Source: Gekko japonicus | Lineage: Eukaryota | Length of the DNA: 64,000 bases | Assembly: GCF_001447785.1 (NCBI RefSeq) | Contig: NW_015173748.1 | Location: forward strand, 139,309-203,308 | Reading direction: 5' to 3' | Part shown: positions 1-11,937 of the stretch, in pieces | Layout: each line of letters starts with the position of its first letter | How positions within the stretch are numbered: the stretch's first letter is position 1 | Notes under the pieces: generated by a model | Seen by the model: only the letters and a program-made list of their open reading frames with translations | Told to the model about the DNA's origin: nothing | Database searches by the model: none | Translations under genes and position numbers: made by a program

Positions 1-725
1 CTATCCCCTCAAAGCTCCCATGGCAACCAACCATTGACCACATCCCCTGTCTACTCGTGATTGGCTGCATAGCCACAGCTAGTCATGATTAGATTGGGCT
101 ATAATAGTCTGGTCCCTTGGCAGGAGCTCTGTCTGTTCCTGCTTTCTCTCTACTTGTTTTGAATTGCACCTGGGAATGTTGTCCCAAGTGGAACAAAGAC
201 CCCCTTTGTGAGCTGAGCACATGGCTGCATGCTTGCACAAAGATGGGATTTCTGCTGAGGATCCCTTGGGGGTCTAATTTGGAATGTATACCTGGACATT
301 TCTTGGACTATGGATCATCCCTGGTAATTATACATACCTCTTTAATGTTTAGTGAGGGCCAAGAGCCATAAGTCTTTGTTATTTTGAAATCCTTCTAGTC
401 TATGCCAAGTTCTCTACTGAATAAACTTATCCTGGTTTCTAACTTGTCTGTATTGTTGTAACTGGATTCTAAGGCTAAACTCCTGTGCCTTCTGCTCACC
501 AACTGCACTACCTTGGTAAGATTAACTTCACAGCTCTAGATTGAGTTGTTCAATGTGTTATGTCCCAGAGGCTAACCTAAAGGTTTGGAATCCCTGCCTT
601 GGGGAAAGCTGGGACAAAAGGGATTCTGGTGGCTATCGTTCTGAAATCCAGGGAGGGCAGTCTACCATTCTGGGATATTGTTTAATGTACTGAAAAGTAT
701 GGGCTTCCCCCCTCATTCCTGGACA
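1..725 (+). mobile_element. Probable LTR, left end outside window
   Basis: TATAA-like (~100) and AATAAA (~420) in LTR order, ending ...CCTGGACA; no TSD checkable. Confidence 0.35.
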
Positions 726-755
726 GGCGTGAGGGCAGGACCTATACAGCTAGAA

Positions 756-756
<1 letters not shown>

Positions 757-790
<34 letters not shown>
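757..790. repeat. (AC)n microsatellite followed by (AT)n
   Basis: Direct reading. Other dinucleotide runs at ~35306-35326, ~59658-59675 and ~62685-62712. Confidence 0.95.
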
Positions 791-799
<9 letters not shown>

Positions 800-1001
800 T
801 ACACATATATATAGTATACTTTAGATATGCAAGATAACTTTGAAACATTCAAACAAACACTGCAGAGGAACCATCTATAAAAGATTAGAACACATCTTGT
901 TGGTCTCTAAGGTACTACGGGACTCAAATCAAGGAATGAGTTGATAGCCTTTAGAAGTTGGGAACCATGGGGAAGATAAACTATTGGGAAATACCCACAG
1001 C

Positions 1002-1197
1002 CAGTGTTCCCTCTAAGCTGAGTTAGCTCACAGTTCTTTAGCCTCCAGCTCACACATTTTTCCCTTAGCTCAGGAAGGATGGCTCCAGAGCAAACTAATT
1101 TATGCAGTAGCCAAATCGCTCACTCACAACTTTAATGCCAGTAGCTCACAAAGTAGGATTTTTGCTCACAAGACTCCACAGCTTAGAGGGAGCATTG
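1002..1197 (+). mobile_element. hAT-type MITE, CAGTGTTCCCTCTAAGC family
   Basis: TIRs CAGTGTTCCCTCTAAGC / GCTTAGAGGGAGCATTG; near-perfect 8-bp TSD CCCACAGC/CCCACAGT. Other copies at ~10246-10447 (-), 25672-25851 (+) and ~36965-37158 (-). Confidence 0.85.
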
Positions 1198-1609
1198 CCC
1201 ACAGTATCCTTGAGCTAATTAATGCTTGTGCAAGGCCTAGTAGTAATGAAGTTACAGTGGCTGTTCTATTCAGGAGGGGATTCTATACTTTTGTTGCCAT
1301 TATTACCAATATCACAATTTTAAAAAAAAATATTGCTTTTTCTACTAACCAACAGAGTCAGGGGATGGAAATAACCTAAAACTATGAGCAGCAAGGATCA
1401 TTAATACATGAGTTTAAAGTAGTCAATATTTCCCTATTACCCAAACAGTAATACATGAGAGTTGATACTGTAAAAGTATAAAAGTATAAAGCGAGCAATC
1501 ATAATCATACTTGGCTAAACTAAGTATGGCCGGTTATCAGTGGGTGGGAGACTGCAACCTCGGGGGGGGGCATATGTGGATGCCTGCTGCTTTAGCCAAA
1601 GGCCTGGTG

Positions 1610-2322
1610 TGTCATGCCTGCCCCTGCTGATGACCCAGATGAGGCACCTGCCAGCCAGGAGCATGTGGAATTGACACCAAAGGCTCCTGAGTAACGTACT
1701 GCAGCAGAAACTTATAAGCAAAGACTGGCTCCTGTGGCAGAAAGCTCCCTAAGTGATGAGGAGGATAGAGCCTCTCAGGAAACACCTGCACAGGATCAGG
1801 CTCTGCTGCAGCACAGTGCTTCGCCGCCGGATTCACCACCAGCTGTGACCAGGCTTCGGAATCAATGGAGACAGGAGCTGAGAGATCGACGCCGGGATGC
1901 ACGCATGCGTGCAAGACGATCTCTTAGCCCTGAGTATTGACTGGAGCCTGACCTTGCTCCTTGCCAGCTAACGAGCTAATTAGCCAGCACTGTATATCTT
2001 CCAGCCTGTTGCTGGAAGGGATTCGTGCTGGCAAACGTCGTTTGACAGGACCTGAATCCTTGTATCTCTGCTCCAGACCTTGTGGAACTCTTGTCGGCTT
2101 GATCCTCAGCTTTTGACCCTCTGCTTCGTTGACCGTGCTTTCGTCTCTGACTCCTCTGGCATCGTTGTGATTTATGGACTTGAAACTCTGGTATGTCTGA
2201 CCCTGGCTTTGGACTCTGATTTAAACCTGTTTGAACCTTGCTGCCTGATTTGCTCGGCTTGACCTCGGACTGCTCCTGGACTTTTGCTTGCTTGCGTCAC
2301 GCCCCCTGGCCCTGCCGTGACA
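1610..2322 (+). mobile_element. Solo LTR (Gypsy-like) inserted in an L2 element
   Basis: TGTCA...TGACA termini, perfect 5-bp TSD TGGTG (1605-1609, 2323-2327). Removing it rejoins L2 sequence CCAAAGGCCTGGTGGAACAGC. Confidence 0.85.
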
Positions 2323-2850
2323 TGGTGGAACAGCTTCATCTTGCGGGCCCTGTGGAATTGAATAAGATCCCGCAGGACCCTGATCTCAATAGGGAGCATG
2401 TTCCACCAGCAGAAAACGCCCTGGCCCTGGTTGAGGCCAGGCAGACATCCTTTGGGCCAGGGATCACCAGGGGATGTTGACTCTCAGAGCATATTGCTCT
2501 TGGAGGCGTACATGGGAAGAGGTGGTTCCTTAGGTATATTGGTTCCAGTCCGTATAAGGCTTTGAAGGTGACTACCAACACCTTGAAGCAGATCCAGTAC
2601 TCAACTGGCAACCAATGCAGCTGACAGAGCACATGCCGTATGTGAGCCCGCATAGGCGTCGACGTCAGCAGACACGCCGGTGCATTTTGTACCAGCTGTA
2701 ATTTCTGGATCAGCTTCAAGGCTAAGCCTGCATACAGCGAGTTGCAATAATCAAGCCTAGAAGTGTCCCCACGACCCAGGCACAGGACCTCAGTCTTCGA
2801 TGGATTTAACTTCAATCGACTCTGCCGCAACCATCCAGTTATCCTCCATC
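2323..2850 (-). mobile_element. L2-clade LINE, 3' part of ORF2 (continues ~1530-1609)
   Basis: RLKLNPSKTEVL...SRLDYCNSLYAGL...LQLVQNA...LHWLPV...FKALYGL.P.YL is the typical L2 RT C-terminus. Confidence 0.9.
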
Positions 2851-2859
2851 CATTGCTAA

Positions 2860-4050
2860 TGTTAAAGTTTCTATCCTACTTTTTGCGGATGATGCAATTC
2901 TCCTATCAAGAAAAACATCAGAACTGTCCTCTTTGATACAAGCCTTTGTCTCTTACTGTCTGGAAGAATACCTGACAGTTACCTATCAAAAATCCAAGAT
3001 AGTTGGTTTGGGGAAAAATTTCACATACACCACAAGTGGAAAATTCATGGTAATGATATTGATGAGGTCCCCTTTTTAAAATACTTAGGTGGTTGGTTTG
3101 ACCAGAGATTAACTTGGTCAGTACAAACTGCTCGTTAAAAGGTTGGCTACAGTAGCATCAGATATTATCTGTCTTTTAAAAATTTCATCTGGGACTCAGT
3201 ATATCCCAGCTGCCATCAAACTGTTTAATGCCAAGGTGGCAGTGCAAAGTTTATATGGGGCTGGTATCTGGATTTATAAGATAGGAGAGTCCTTGGATTT
3301 GGTTCTTCTTAAATTCCTACATTCCATCTGCAGAATTTCAAACTGTGTAGCGCAGGTAGCCCGCCAAGCTGAATTGGGACAAGCATCTCTTGAAGCTCAG
3401 GCTTGGTCAAAGGCTTTTCCCCTTAAAGTTAAAATTATACACTCCAACATCCAAGAGGGCTACCTCAGCTTAGTCAGAGAGGACTCTTATATCTCCCATT
3501 GGGTTAAACTTGTTGTACAATGACTACAGCTCCTCAGTCTTCCCTTGGACTCCCTTTATTCAGTTACTAGACAGGAAGCCATGAGAACGATTAAGAAATG
3601 TCTATTTAAGTATGATTATAATAGTACAATCTGTAGAGCACAATGCGTTTGTTCTACTAAATTTGCTGTTATTCTACCACCTGGAGAACTTACTGATTAC
3701 TGCTCATATTTGACTGTTCCTCACTATAGGCGTGCCTTTATGTTGGTGTATCTTAATGCCCTACCATCTAGAGTTTTGCAACGGAGGTATTTTAAGACAC
3801 CATACTCTGATAAAGTATGAGACTGTGGTATAGGTAGTGTAGACACCCTATATCACCTGACCTTTGAATGTAATTACTTTTCTGAGGCTAGAAATCTTTT
3901 AATTCTTTCTTTGCTCCAAAATATAGATCATATGGAGACATTACCTCTTTTATTAGAAGAGTAGAGTTATCACTCTTTTAGCCATGAGATTTTATGCATC
4001 TGTGATAGATTTTTGCAGTAATTCAAATGGGGTCTTCTTTTTCTATATTT
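2860..4050 (+). mobile_element. Degraded non-LTR retrotransposon ORF2 (RTE-X-like)
   Basis: LLFADDAILLS RT motif at ~2876-2908; AAIKLFNAKV...LYGAGIW; C-terminal RRAFML..LNALPS...CG..VDTLYHLTFEC zinc-knuckle remnant; stops and frameshifts. Clade uncertain. Confidence 0.7.
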
Positions 4051-4578
4051 TATTAACCTACTTAGAGCTAATAAGTTACGAAGCGGTATGAAGTAGACAG
4101 ATAGCTATCATATTCTTTGGATAATGGCTATTGCATTTGCACAATAAACCACTCTGTTCGGTTAGTAAAACAACTTTATTAAACTTCACAACTCATTTAT
4201 AACTGTTTTAACTAAAATAAAATATGAAGTACAGCAGAACAGTGAAAGAGGTAACCCATTAATTTTAACAATGAAACTAATTAAGCTGTCCCAAACACTT
4301 GGATGAGCCAGGCCATCTTGCACGTGGTGAACACTGGTGGGAAGAAACAACCCAGGCTTTGAAGAGATGGGCTGCTAACAAGCATAAGAGAGTGGAAAGT
4401 TCTCTCGGGAGTGGCCGAACACCATTCTTTCACAAGACTCAGGGTGACTAAGCACCAGCATGTAACAAAGATGGAGTCACGCAGGCTGTACATGAGAATG
4501 GTTTTATTCAGGATTCTTTAGTTATATCCAGTAGGGAGAGGATCCTGGAAGATCTATGGGTTCATAAAAAGTAAACTT

Positions 4579-5069
4579 TTGTTGTTGTTGTTCAGTCGCA
4601 CAGTCGAGTCCGACTCTTCGCGACCCCATGGATCATCTCCCGCCCGGCCCTCCTGTCTTCTGCCGTCCCCTGAAGTTGGCTCAATTTCATGTTCGTTGCA
4701 TCAATGACACTGTCTAACCATCTCATCCTTTGCCGTCCCCGTCTTCTTTGACCTTCAATCTTTCCCAGCATCAGGGTCTTCTCCAGTGAGTGCTCCCTTC
4801 TCATTTGGTGGCCAAAGTATTTGAGCTTCAGTTTCATTATCTGGCCTTCCAGGGAACAGTCAGGGTTGATTTCTTTGAGGATTGACTGATTTGTTCTTCT
4901 TGCAGTCCAAGGGACTCTCAAGAGTCTCCTCCAGCACCATAGTTCAAAAGAATCTATTCTTCGGCGCTCGGCCTTCCTTATAGTCCAACTCTCACAGCCA
5001 TACATGACTACTGGGAATACCATTGCTTTGACCATGCGGACTTTTGTTGGCAGGGTGATGTCTTTGCTT
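4579..5069 (-). mobile_element. BovB (RTE) LINE, 5'-truncated
   Basis: MVKAMVFPVVMYGCESWTIRKAERRRIDSFELWCWRRLLRVPWTARR...HGVAKSRTRL is the canonical BovB C-terminus; (CAA)n tail. Confidence 0.95.
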
Positions 5070-5580
5070 GAATTATAAGATGCGTCAGTGAGAATAGCAG
5101 TGTGTCTGGCGTGTTTGTGGTGATGTTCCTCTGGGGACGGACATGCAGGAAGGGGGCAACAGCGCTGCTTCTCTGTATAGCCTCAAGCGGATTTATTTCT
5201 TGAAGAGCCTCGATATAAAAAAGACTCTGTGTACTGACAGAACATTCAGTATCGAGGAGTACTGTGATGTAGAGAAGGATCTTGGTATTAAAGAGAGTTG
5301 ATATACTGCAAAGATTTGCCATGCCGATATGAAGACCAAACACAAAGGAATGCTTAGTACTGAGGGGGATGTTAAGGTGACTCTTGAACCTGAGATCTGG
5401 CCTGCAATATGGGGTAGAAATGATGATAGTCTTGACTATCATGTGAAGACCGATGTTCTCTCTGAGGCAGCTGAAGACAAACTGCTTGTAGGGGAGCTTG
5501 CAGCTGGGTGTGGCATGGTGAGTATGGTGAATCCTCTAGCTGAACCTCTCCCAAGTGAAGGTAAGGAGTCTTCTTCAGTA

Positions 5581-6133
5581 TTAGTTATTGTAGATTTTCT
5601 GGGCTGTATGGCCGTGGTCTTGGCATTGTAGTACCTGACATTTCACCAGCAGTTGTGACTGGCATCCTCAGAGGTATAACATAGAAAGATGGAGTACTCT
5701 GTGTCAATATGAGAAGAAAAATTGTAGGCAGGTAATTTATATCTACTCAGGAAGATGGAGTAGGGCTGAGTCATTATCTTGTAGGAGTTTCCCAGGCAGT
5801 GACATGCTGATGGAGGAGCTTTCCTGAGGAGGTTCTTTTGCATATGGATTGGCTGTTGAAATTCTAATCTTATCTGTAGTGCTGTTGTAAAACGTAGAGC
5901 GGTTTGTGTTTTTCAAGACTGGAAACCATGCCCTATTTATTTTTAAACTCTCTTCTTTCCTGTTGAAATTGTGTTTATGAATTTCAATGGCTTCCCTGTG
6001 TAATCTGACATGGTAATTGGATGTGTTGTCCAGCATTTCAGTCTCTCGGAATAAGATACTGTGTCCTGTGAGTTAGGCTATGTTCAGCCACTGCTGATTT
6101 TTCAGGTTGGCCCAGTCTGCAGTGTCTTTCATG
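5581..6133 (-). mobile_element. Penelope-like element, GIY-YIG endonuclease end plus pseudo-LTR
   Basis: HERHCRLGQPEKSAVAEH...LDNTSNYHVRLHREAIEIHKHNFNRKEESLKINRAW; 3' region with a hammerhead-like core; flanked by 10-bp direct repeat TTCTTCAGTA (5571-5580, 6134-6143). Confidence 0.88.
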
Positions 6134-6858
6134 TTCTTCAGTACTGATAACTCCAGAACAGGCTCAGTTTGCAAGAGGAGTTACAGAGGTATAGGATTAA
6201 GCTGACGATACTGTCTGTATCTGAGGACAGTGTGAGATCAATTTAATTCAATCTCATGCGCCTATGGGCTTCCCCACCCCTTTTAATTCCATTTCCCTTT
6301 GGGCTTCACTCTCTTGAAATTAAAAGTCTCTAGTTCTTTCTCTTTTTCTAATTTACCCATTTCAATTTCCTGCCTTATTTTCCAGAACTCTACTTGGTCA
6401 GTATTCACAAATTCCTCTGCTTCTATGCTGTCCCCTGCAGCCACTGACTCAGCTTCAGTCCTCTCAAGTGCTTTTACTCACTTAGGAGGCATTTTGATAA
6501 ATTTTACCTCACAAAATTTCTTAAATATTTATATCTTTATATTTTACTACCTTGGGTAACCTTTGTGAAACTTTTTGCCTGTACCCACCGCTATGGCACC
6601 AAATTGTGACAGGGTGTTTCTATAACTGAGGGGACCCACACAGCCTCCTAATGATTTGGGGGGACCCAGGTTTATTTTAAACCATAAACCTTTCCCTCAG
6701 TTACCAGGTGTTCTAAAGGTAGCAAGTATATAGCTTTGGGTTCACTGCTGAGAGGTACGTTTTGTGGTGCACAAGTAGAATATGGAGGTCACTGAGGCAG
6801 GAATTATATATTAACAACAAAGAAGGTTTATTTATTTACAAGTAGATTTTAAGGAATG

Positions 6859-7020
6859 GATCAGCAGCACGGGTCTCCAGGTAGACAAAACAGAAACCTG
6901 GCTGAGGCACATTAATTTAGAGAGTAGTTTCAATTTTCTAGATCAGCAGCATGGGTCTCCAGGTAGACAAAAGAGAAACCTGGCTGAGGCACATAAATTT
7001 AGAGAGTAGTTTCAATTTTC
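6859..7020. repeat. 82-bp tandem duplication inside the LTR
   Basis: GATCAGCAGCAYGGGTCTCCAGGTAGACAAAA...TTTCAATTTTC starts at 6859 and again at 6941. Confidence 0.95.
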
Positions 7021-7801
7021 TTTAATAGTTCAAACATAAACAGGTTTTTACCGATTAACCATTGGTTGGATTCTAACACACACACAGAATTCCACCCACA
7101 CAGTCAGACTAAATGGCACAAGGTCTGTTCATTGCCAGAGACAAGCCTAACAATAGGGTACTCTATTCTCTGTCAGGAGCCAGACCACTCTGCCACTACC
7201 AAGCAGAGCTACCCTTCATTCTGTCTGCTCTTTTCCTGAGCCAGACCTGAACTCTCATAGCTCTCTCCTTGACGCAGAACTCAACATCTCCTGCTGTGTT
7301 TCCCTCCAACATTGCATTCCCCTTCTCAAAGGTGACTGGATGCTGGAATAGCACTCCCATAGGATTAAATGAATGGCCATTTTTCCTTTCAGGGGTGGGA
7401 CAGCCTTCTGTCTGTCACGGTATCTCAGCTGAGGCAGAGTCACTACCCAAACTTTGGTTGGTATTAGAGAAGCTGGAGGGGCACTTTTAATTGGTTGCTG
7501 CTTCCCCCCTCCCAGCTTCAGTCTCTTTTTCTTATTCTGAAGAGATGGTGGACCCTCGTCTCAAGTGGGATGATGGTTTGTTGGGTCATCAAGCCCAAAA
7601 GATGGGACAAAGAGGGATTTTCCTTCTTCCTTCTCTGAAGCTGAGACACAGTGATCCAAGCTGGAAGGGCCTTCTCCCTCAGAATAGTAAGACAAGATTT
7701 TTTCTTTCCTGTTTTGTGACCATTAGGCAGTAAGGGCAAGAAACTACCCCATGAAATTTGCTTAATCAGAGAAGGCAGTGGTCATAATCATCTGTTGACA
7801 G

Positions 7802-8141
7802 TAGGGTTGCCAGGTCCCCCGGGGGGTGGGGAAACCCCTGCTTGATGGGTCCGTTCCCCGCCGGCCTAGATCGGCCCGCCAGGGGGAACCCAACCCACAA
7901 AGTGCCGGGAGCACAGAGATGTGCCCGGAGTGATGACACCACTCAGATATGATGTCATCACGTCAGGCACATTGCGGGGGGGACGTTTTATGATTTCCCC
8001 TTGAATGATAGTGGCCCCGCTCCCAACGTGCCCGATGCAATGACGTCACTTCCAGGTAGCGTCATCACATGCGCGCCGAAGAACTCCTGGGGAGGGCCAG
8101 GACTCCCTCCGCTCCAGGTAAAATAGGACTTGGCAACCCTA
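7802..8141. mobile_element. hAT-type MITE, TAGGGTTGCCA family
   Basis: TIRs TAGGGTTGCCA / TGGCAACCCTA with perfect 8-bp TSD GTTGACAG. Relatives at ~10132-10717, ~11099-11393, ~11500-11605 and ~24219-24426. Confidence 0.9.
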
Positions 8142-9307
8142 GTTGACAGGACATTACTCCCAAATGATCTACACTTCTTGAAGTTGGTCAGATCCAGGAA
8201 AAGTCCCCAGAAGAGGCTGCCTATGAGGCAGACAAAAGGAAACTGAGTGAGAAAGCACAACTCCTCTCCCTCAAAATATGCACATTTCAAGGCTGTGTCC
8301 CTAAGTGGGAGGATTTCACACCAAAAAGTTAGCTCTAGAAGTTTTAGAAGCATTCTCTGCACAGGCTCAAAGCCTACTAGTGAGATGCACAGAGACCATG
8401 AAGGATAAAAACTAGTTAACTTTTCACATCTCTTCGTTAATCCCTTGAGGGGAAGTAAGGTTGTTTAGTTCCAGTGCCTCATGGCTATAGGCCCTTTTCA
8501 CTTATTAAAAATAAACTAAACAACCTGATGCCAGCTGAGTCCAAGCTCCATTACGTGTTGCAGTCGCGTAAACAGCTTGTTCGGCATACGGATGAGAAAC
8601 CACCCGAACTGTCAAACTTTCACTATTAGAGTGTTTCAGAAGCCAACTACCTGATCGAAGCCCACGTGGAGTTATTTGCTTAGAACCTATTTATACCCTA
8701 GTATTTCAGGATACCTCTACACAGGGTTAACCTATCCTGGAGTTCCAGTAGAAGGCAGGAGAGAAGAAAACAGAAGCATTGATAACAGAGATGTGCCTGC
8801 CAGCTTGGAAAGCCAGATAGTGCTTGTTATAAGACTGATCTTACCGGTTACAGAAAATAACCCAAATCAGCACAGGTACCAGTGCAAGAGTCCTTTAGGG
8901 GTATATTTTTAGCTGAGATCCCTTTAGTTACTCAGGTGCAGAATATCTTCTTAGATCATGAAAAAACAAGTCAGGCAGGCAGCAGTCTCTGTAAAAATAC
9001 ATACCCTGCATATCCTCAAGCTAAAGACAAAACCCTTTGAAAGATTTCAGTTTACACAGAAATAAAACTATAGCCAGAAAAAGAACGAAACCCAACTAGA
9101 GTTTATATTTATTAAGTTTCCTCAACAAAGATGCAGATGGAGCATCTGACAACATCTTTTAAGATCAACAATCCCTCCAGTACACAAAAAACGAGCGAGT
9201 TCATTAAATACTTTTTGCGGCACAAAGGAGACTTTCTGCAGTTACCCAAGGGACATATGATACAATGTAAAAGTAGAAAAAGGAAAAGCACAAATAGCTC
9301 ATCTTAC

Positions 9308-9448
9308 CAGATTTAATAGACCTATCACTACAACTTCCATCAATGGAAGGTGATGTCTGCTTCTTTACTTTAGGTGCTGGACCAAGTATCTTCATTGCCA
9401 ATCTTTTTCCATCACGCCAGGATGATGTACTTATTATACTGAACCTTC
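9308..9448 (-). CDS. CEP350-like exon (exon 9 homologue)
   Basis: 141 nt, tatttag|GA...TCTG|GTAAGA. GRFSIISTSSWRDGKRLAMKILGPAPKVKK...DRSIKS vs human GSSHLISTSSWRDGQKLVKKILGPAPRMEP...ERTAKS. Confidence 0.92.
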
Positions 9449-9919
9449 CTAAATAAAGAACCAGCAATGATATATAGATTGCAGTGTTCCTTGGGTTATA
9501 AGCTATCAGGTATGCTAGAGCTGGAAAAAATATTTTCACACACTACAGAGCATACAGACTGAGTCCCCATTCTGTGTCAACTGTAACACAATCACATGTA
9601 AGTTGTAGGTTCTCCTCAATTCCTGAGCTCGTGGTACCCAATGAGGAGAACAACCATGGTGAATGCAGAGAAGGGGCTTCAGCTTCCCCCCTGCCATTTT
9701 CCCAACCTGAAACAAGCAAGGGGGTCTCTTGGGAAAACCCATGGATCCCAGGGAACATGTTGGTTTTCCCGAATACAATAATGCCGAGATTGTTTAAGAG
9801 AAGGGACAACTTCTTATATGGAGTGGGTGCTGGTACAAAAAAAGAAGATTTAAATCGAACCCTGTTTAAAAAGAAACTACAGGCAGAGTGTATGCTTAAA
9901 AGCAAGACTTAAAATTCAC

Positions 9920-10036
9920 CTGGCTTGGAATAATGGCCTGGCAGCTCTGTTACTTTCTGGACTTTGCGCACTCTTCCTGTTGACTTTTTCTTCTTTCTTC
10001 TTTCAGCAGGCTTGTCTTTGAAAACAGAATCCTCTT
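9920..10036 (-). CDS. CEP350-like exon (exon 8 homologue)
   Basis: 117 nt (114 nt via the tandem acceptor CAG-AAG), donor CCAG|GTGAAT. EEDSVFKDKPAERRKKKKSTGRVRKVQKVTELPGHYSKP vs human DDISIKEKPAEKSKEKKVVKPVRKVQKVAQLSSTECRT. Confidence 0.9.
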
Positions 10037-11727
10037 CTGAAAATCAGAAGAATACATACTCACAAATATTGTTTACCACCTACATTGTTAAAACTGGGAT
10101 AACATACCTTTCTAGATTTGGGGTAGGCAGATAGGCTTGTCAGTCTCCAGGTAGGGGTGGGGGATCCCCCAATTTTGCAGGTTCTGGCCTGCCACCAGCC
10201 AGCTGACCAGTGGGGGAAACCCCACCCCCAAACAGAGGTCCCCATCAATGCTCCCTCTAAGCTGTGGAGTCATCTGAGCAAAAATTCTACTTTGTGAGCT
10301 ACTGGCATTAAAGTTGTGAGTGAGCGATTTGGCTACTGCATAAGTTAGTTTGCTCTGGAGCCATCCTTCCTGAGCTAAAACAAAAATCTGTGAGCTGGAG
10401 GCTAAAAAACTGTGAGCTAGCTCACACTAACTTAGAAGGAACACTGGTCCCCACACAATGTCAGCAATGCGCTGACATCACTTTCGGAAGTGCTGTCATT
10501 GCATCAGCAATGCTGGGGGCAATGCTCTACTTTTTTGGCAAAACTCTATGGTTTGTAGCTGTTTTTAACCATAGAGTTTTGCCCAAAAAGTAGAGTGCTG
10601 CCCCAACGTTGCCACCACAATGACATCACTTCTGGAAGTGACATCAGAGCATTGCCACCATCCCCGTCCACCCCCCAAATCCCCCGCTGGCAGAAGGAAG
10701 GCACCTGGCAACCCGATAGGCAGAAGGTCACTTGGAAGTGACTGGAAACTCTTCAAGCAATTAAAAGGAGCTCCTACAGCACTACTGAAATCACTTTCTT
10801 ATCGCTCCCTCTAAAGCTACCGCAGCATCTTCTCTTTTTTTGCAAAGGAGGCAGCACATGCTTGCACTTTCGCTCTGGACTGGAAAATGACAGCACCAGC
10901 ACCCTTTTCCATTCTCTTCCTCTTTCATGCATGCTCAGACACACCTTTGTTGTGGGTAGGAAAGGAGCATGCTATTATCTACCCCCCCCCCCGTCAAAGC
11001 TGCTATTTGCCTTTTTTAGAGTAAACACAGAGATAACTGTACATTATCCCCCTGCAGGGCAAACAAAGAAAGAACAACAAAGGAAAGGTTTCCTCATTTA
11101 GGGTTGCCAGGGGGAACTTACAGGAGAAAGAGAAAGGCCCAGGCCATGTTGCCAGTGTCCCACAGGAAGTGGCATCATCATGCCAGCAACTTCCAGATGA
11201 CACTCTGGTATCTGGCCAAAAACTGTGGTAAAACCTACTTCTACCATAGAGTTTTTGCCCAAATACTAGAGCGTCACCTAAAAGTTGCTGGTGTGATGAC
11301 ATCTTTTCTGGTGTGGTGCTGGCAATGTGATCTGGGCCTTCCTCTTTCTGTGTGTTCCTGCCTGGAAGTCACAGATACCTTTGGCAACTCCTATTGGGGC
11401 ATGGAGGATGTTTAGAGAAGTGGCCTGAAACCTGCCTCTTCCTTCCAGCCCTGATATTCTTTGGAGGTCTCCCATCCAAATACTTGCCAGGGCTATCCAG
11501 GTTAGGGCTTCCTTTCTCTTTCTACTGGTAAGTCCTCCCATCAGCCAGCTGATCAGCTGCTAGGGGGCAGGGCCTAGTGCCTTCACTGGGGGGTCTGGCA
11601 ACCCTATCCCCATCTGAGCGCTGCATACCTGCTCTGAAATGCTATAACTTTCATACAAACCACCACTTTGTGACAGACCACAGTCAGTGAGCTACCATTT
11701 TGTGACTGTTAGCTCCCAAGATGTTCA

Positions 11728-11937
11728 AATAAAAATTAAGCAGCTCCCAGAAAAATAAAATCTACTCTTCCCTTCCCTACATAATGCTAAATAAATGCCT
11801 CCAGTCTACCAGCATTTTAACATTTATTAGAATGAATAAAAATTAAACAGCTCCCAGAAAAAAATATCTACTCTTCCCTTTCCTATATACTACTAAATAA
11901 ATGCCTCGTCTACCAGCATTTTAACATTTATTAGAAT
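11728..11937. repeat. ~107-bp tandem duplication
   Basis: AATAAAAATTAARCAGCTCCCAGAAAAA...CAGCATTTTAACATTTATTAGAAT twice, starting at 11728 and 11835. Confidence 0.9.

Larger units (their letters stand above)
6280..8500 (-). mobile_element. Gypsy-type LTR element: LTR (ending 6605), tRNA-Leu-like PBS and gag start
   Basis: On the - strand the LTR ends ...TCACA at 6605, followed by TGGTGCCATAGCGGTGGG (cf. tRNA-Leu PBS TGGTGGCAGCGGTGGGAT), then MPPK*VKALERTEAE...EIEMGKLEKEKELE, a gag-like coil. AATAAA at 6827-6836 (-). Right boundary uncertain. Confidence 0.6.

Noticed and set aside
1734-1940. Protein-like ORF AESSLSDEED...RRSLSPEY
   Set aside because: Lies wholly within the solo LTR; no evidence of a host gene.
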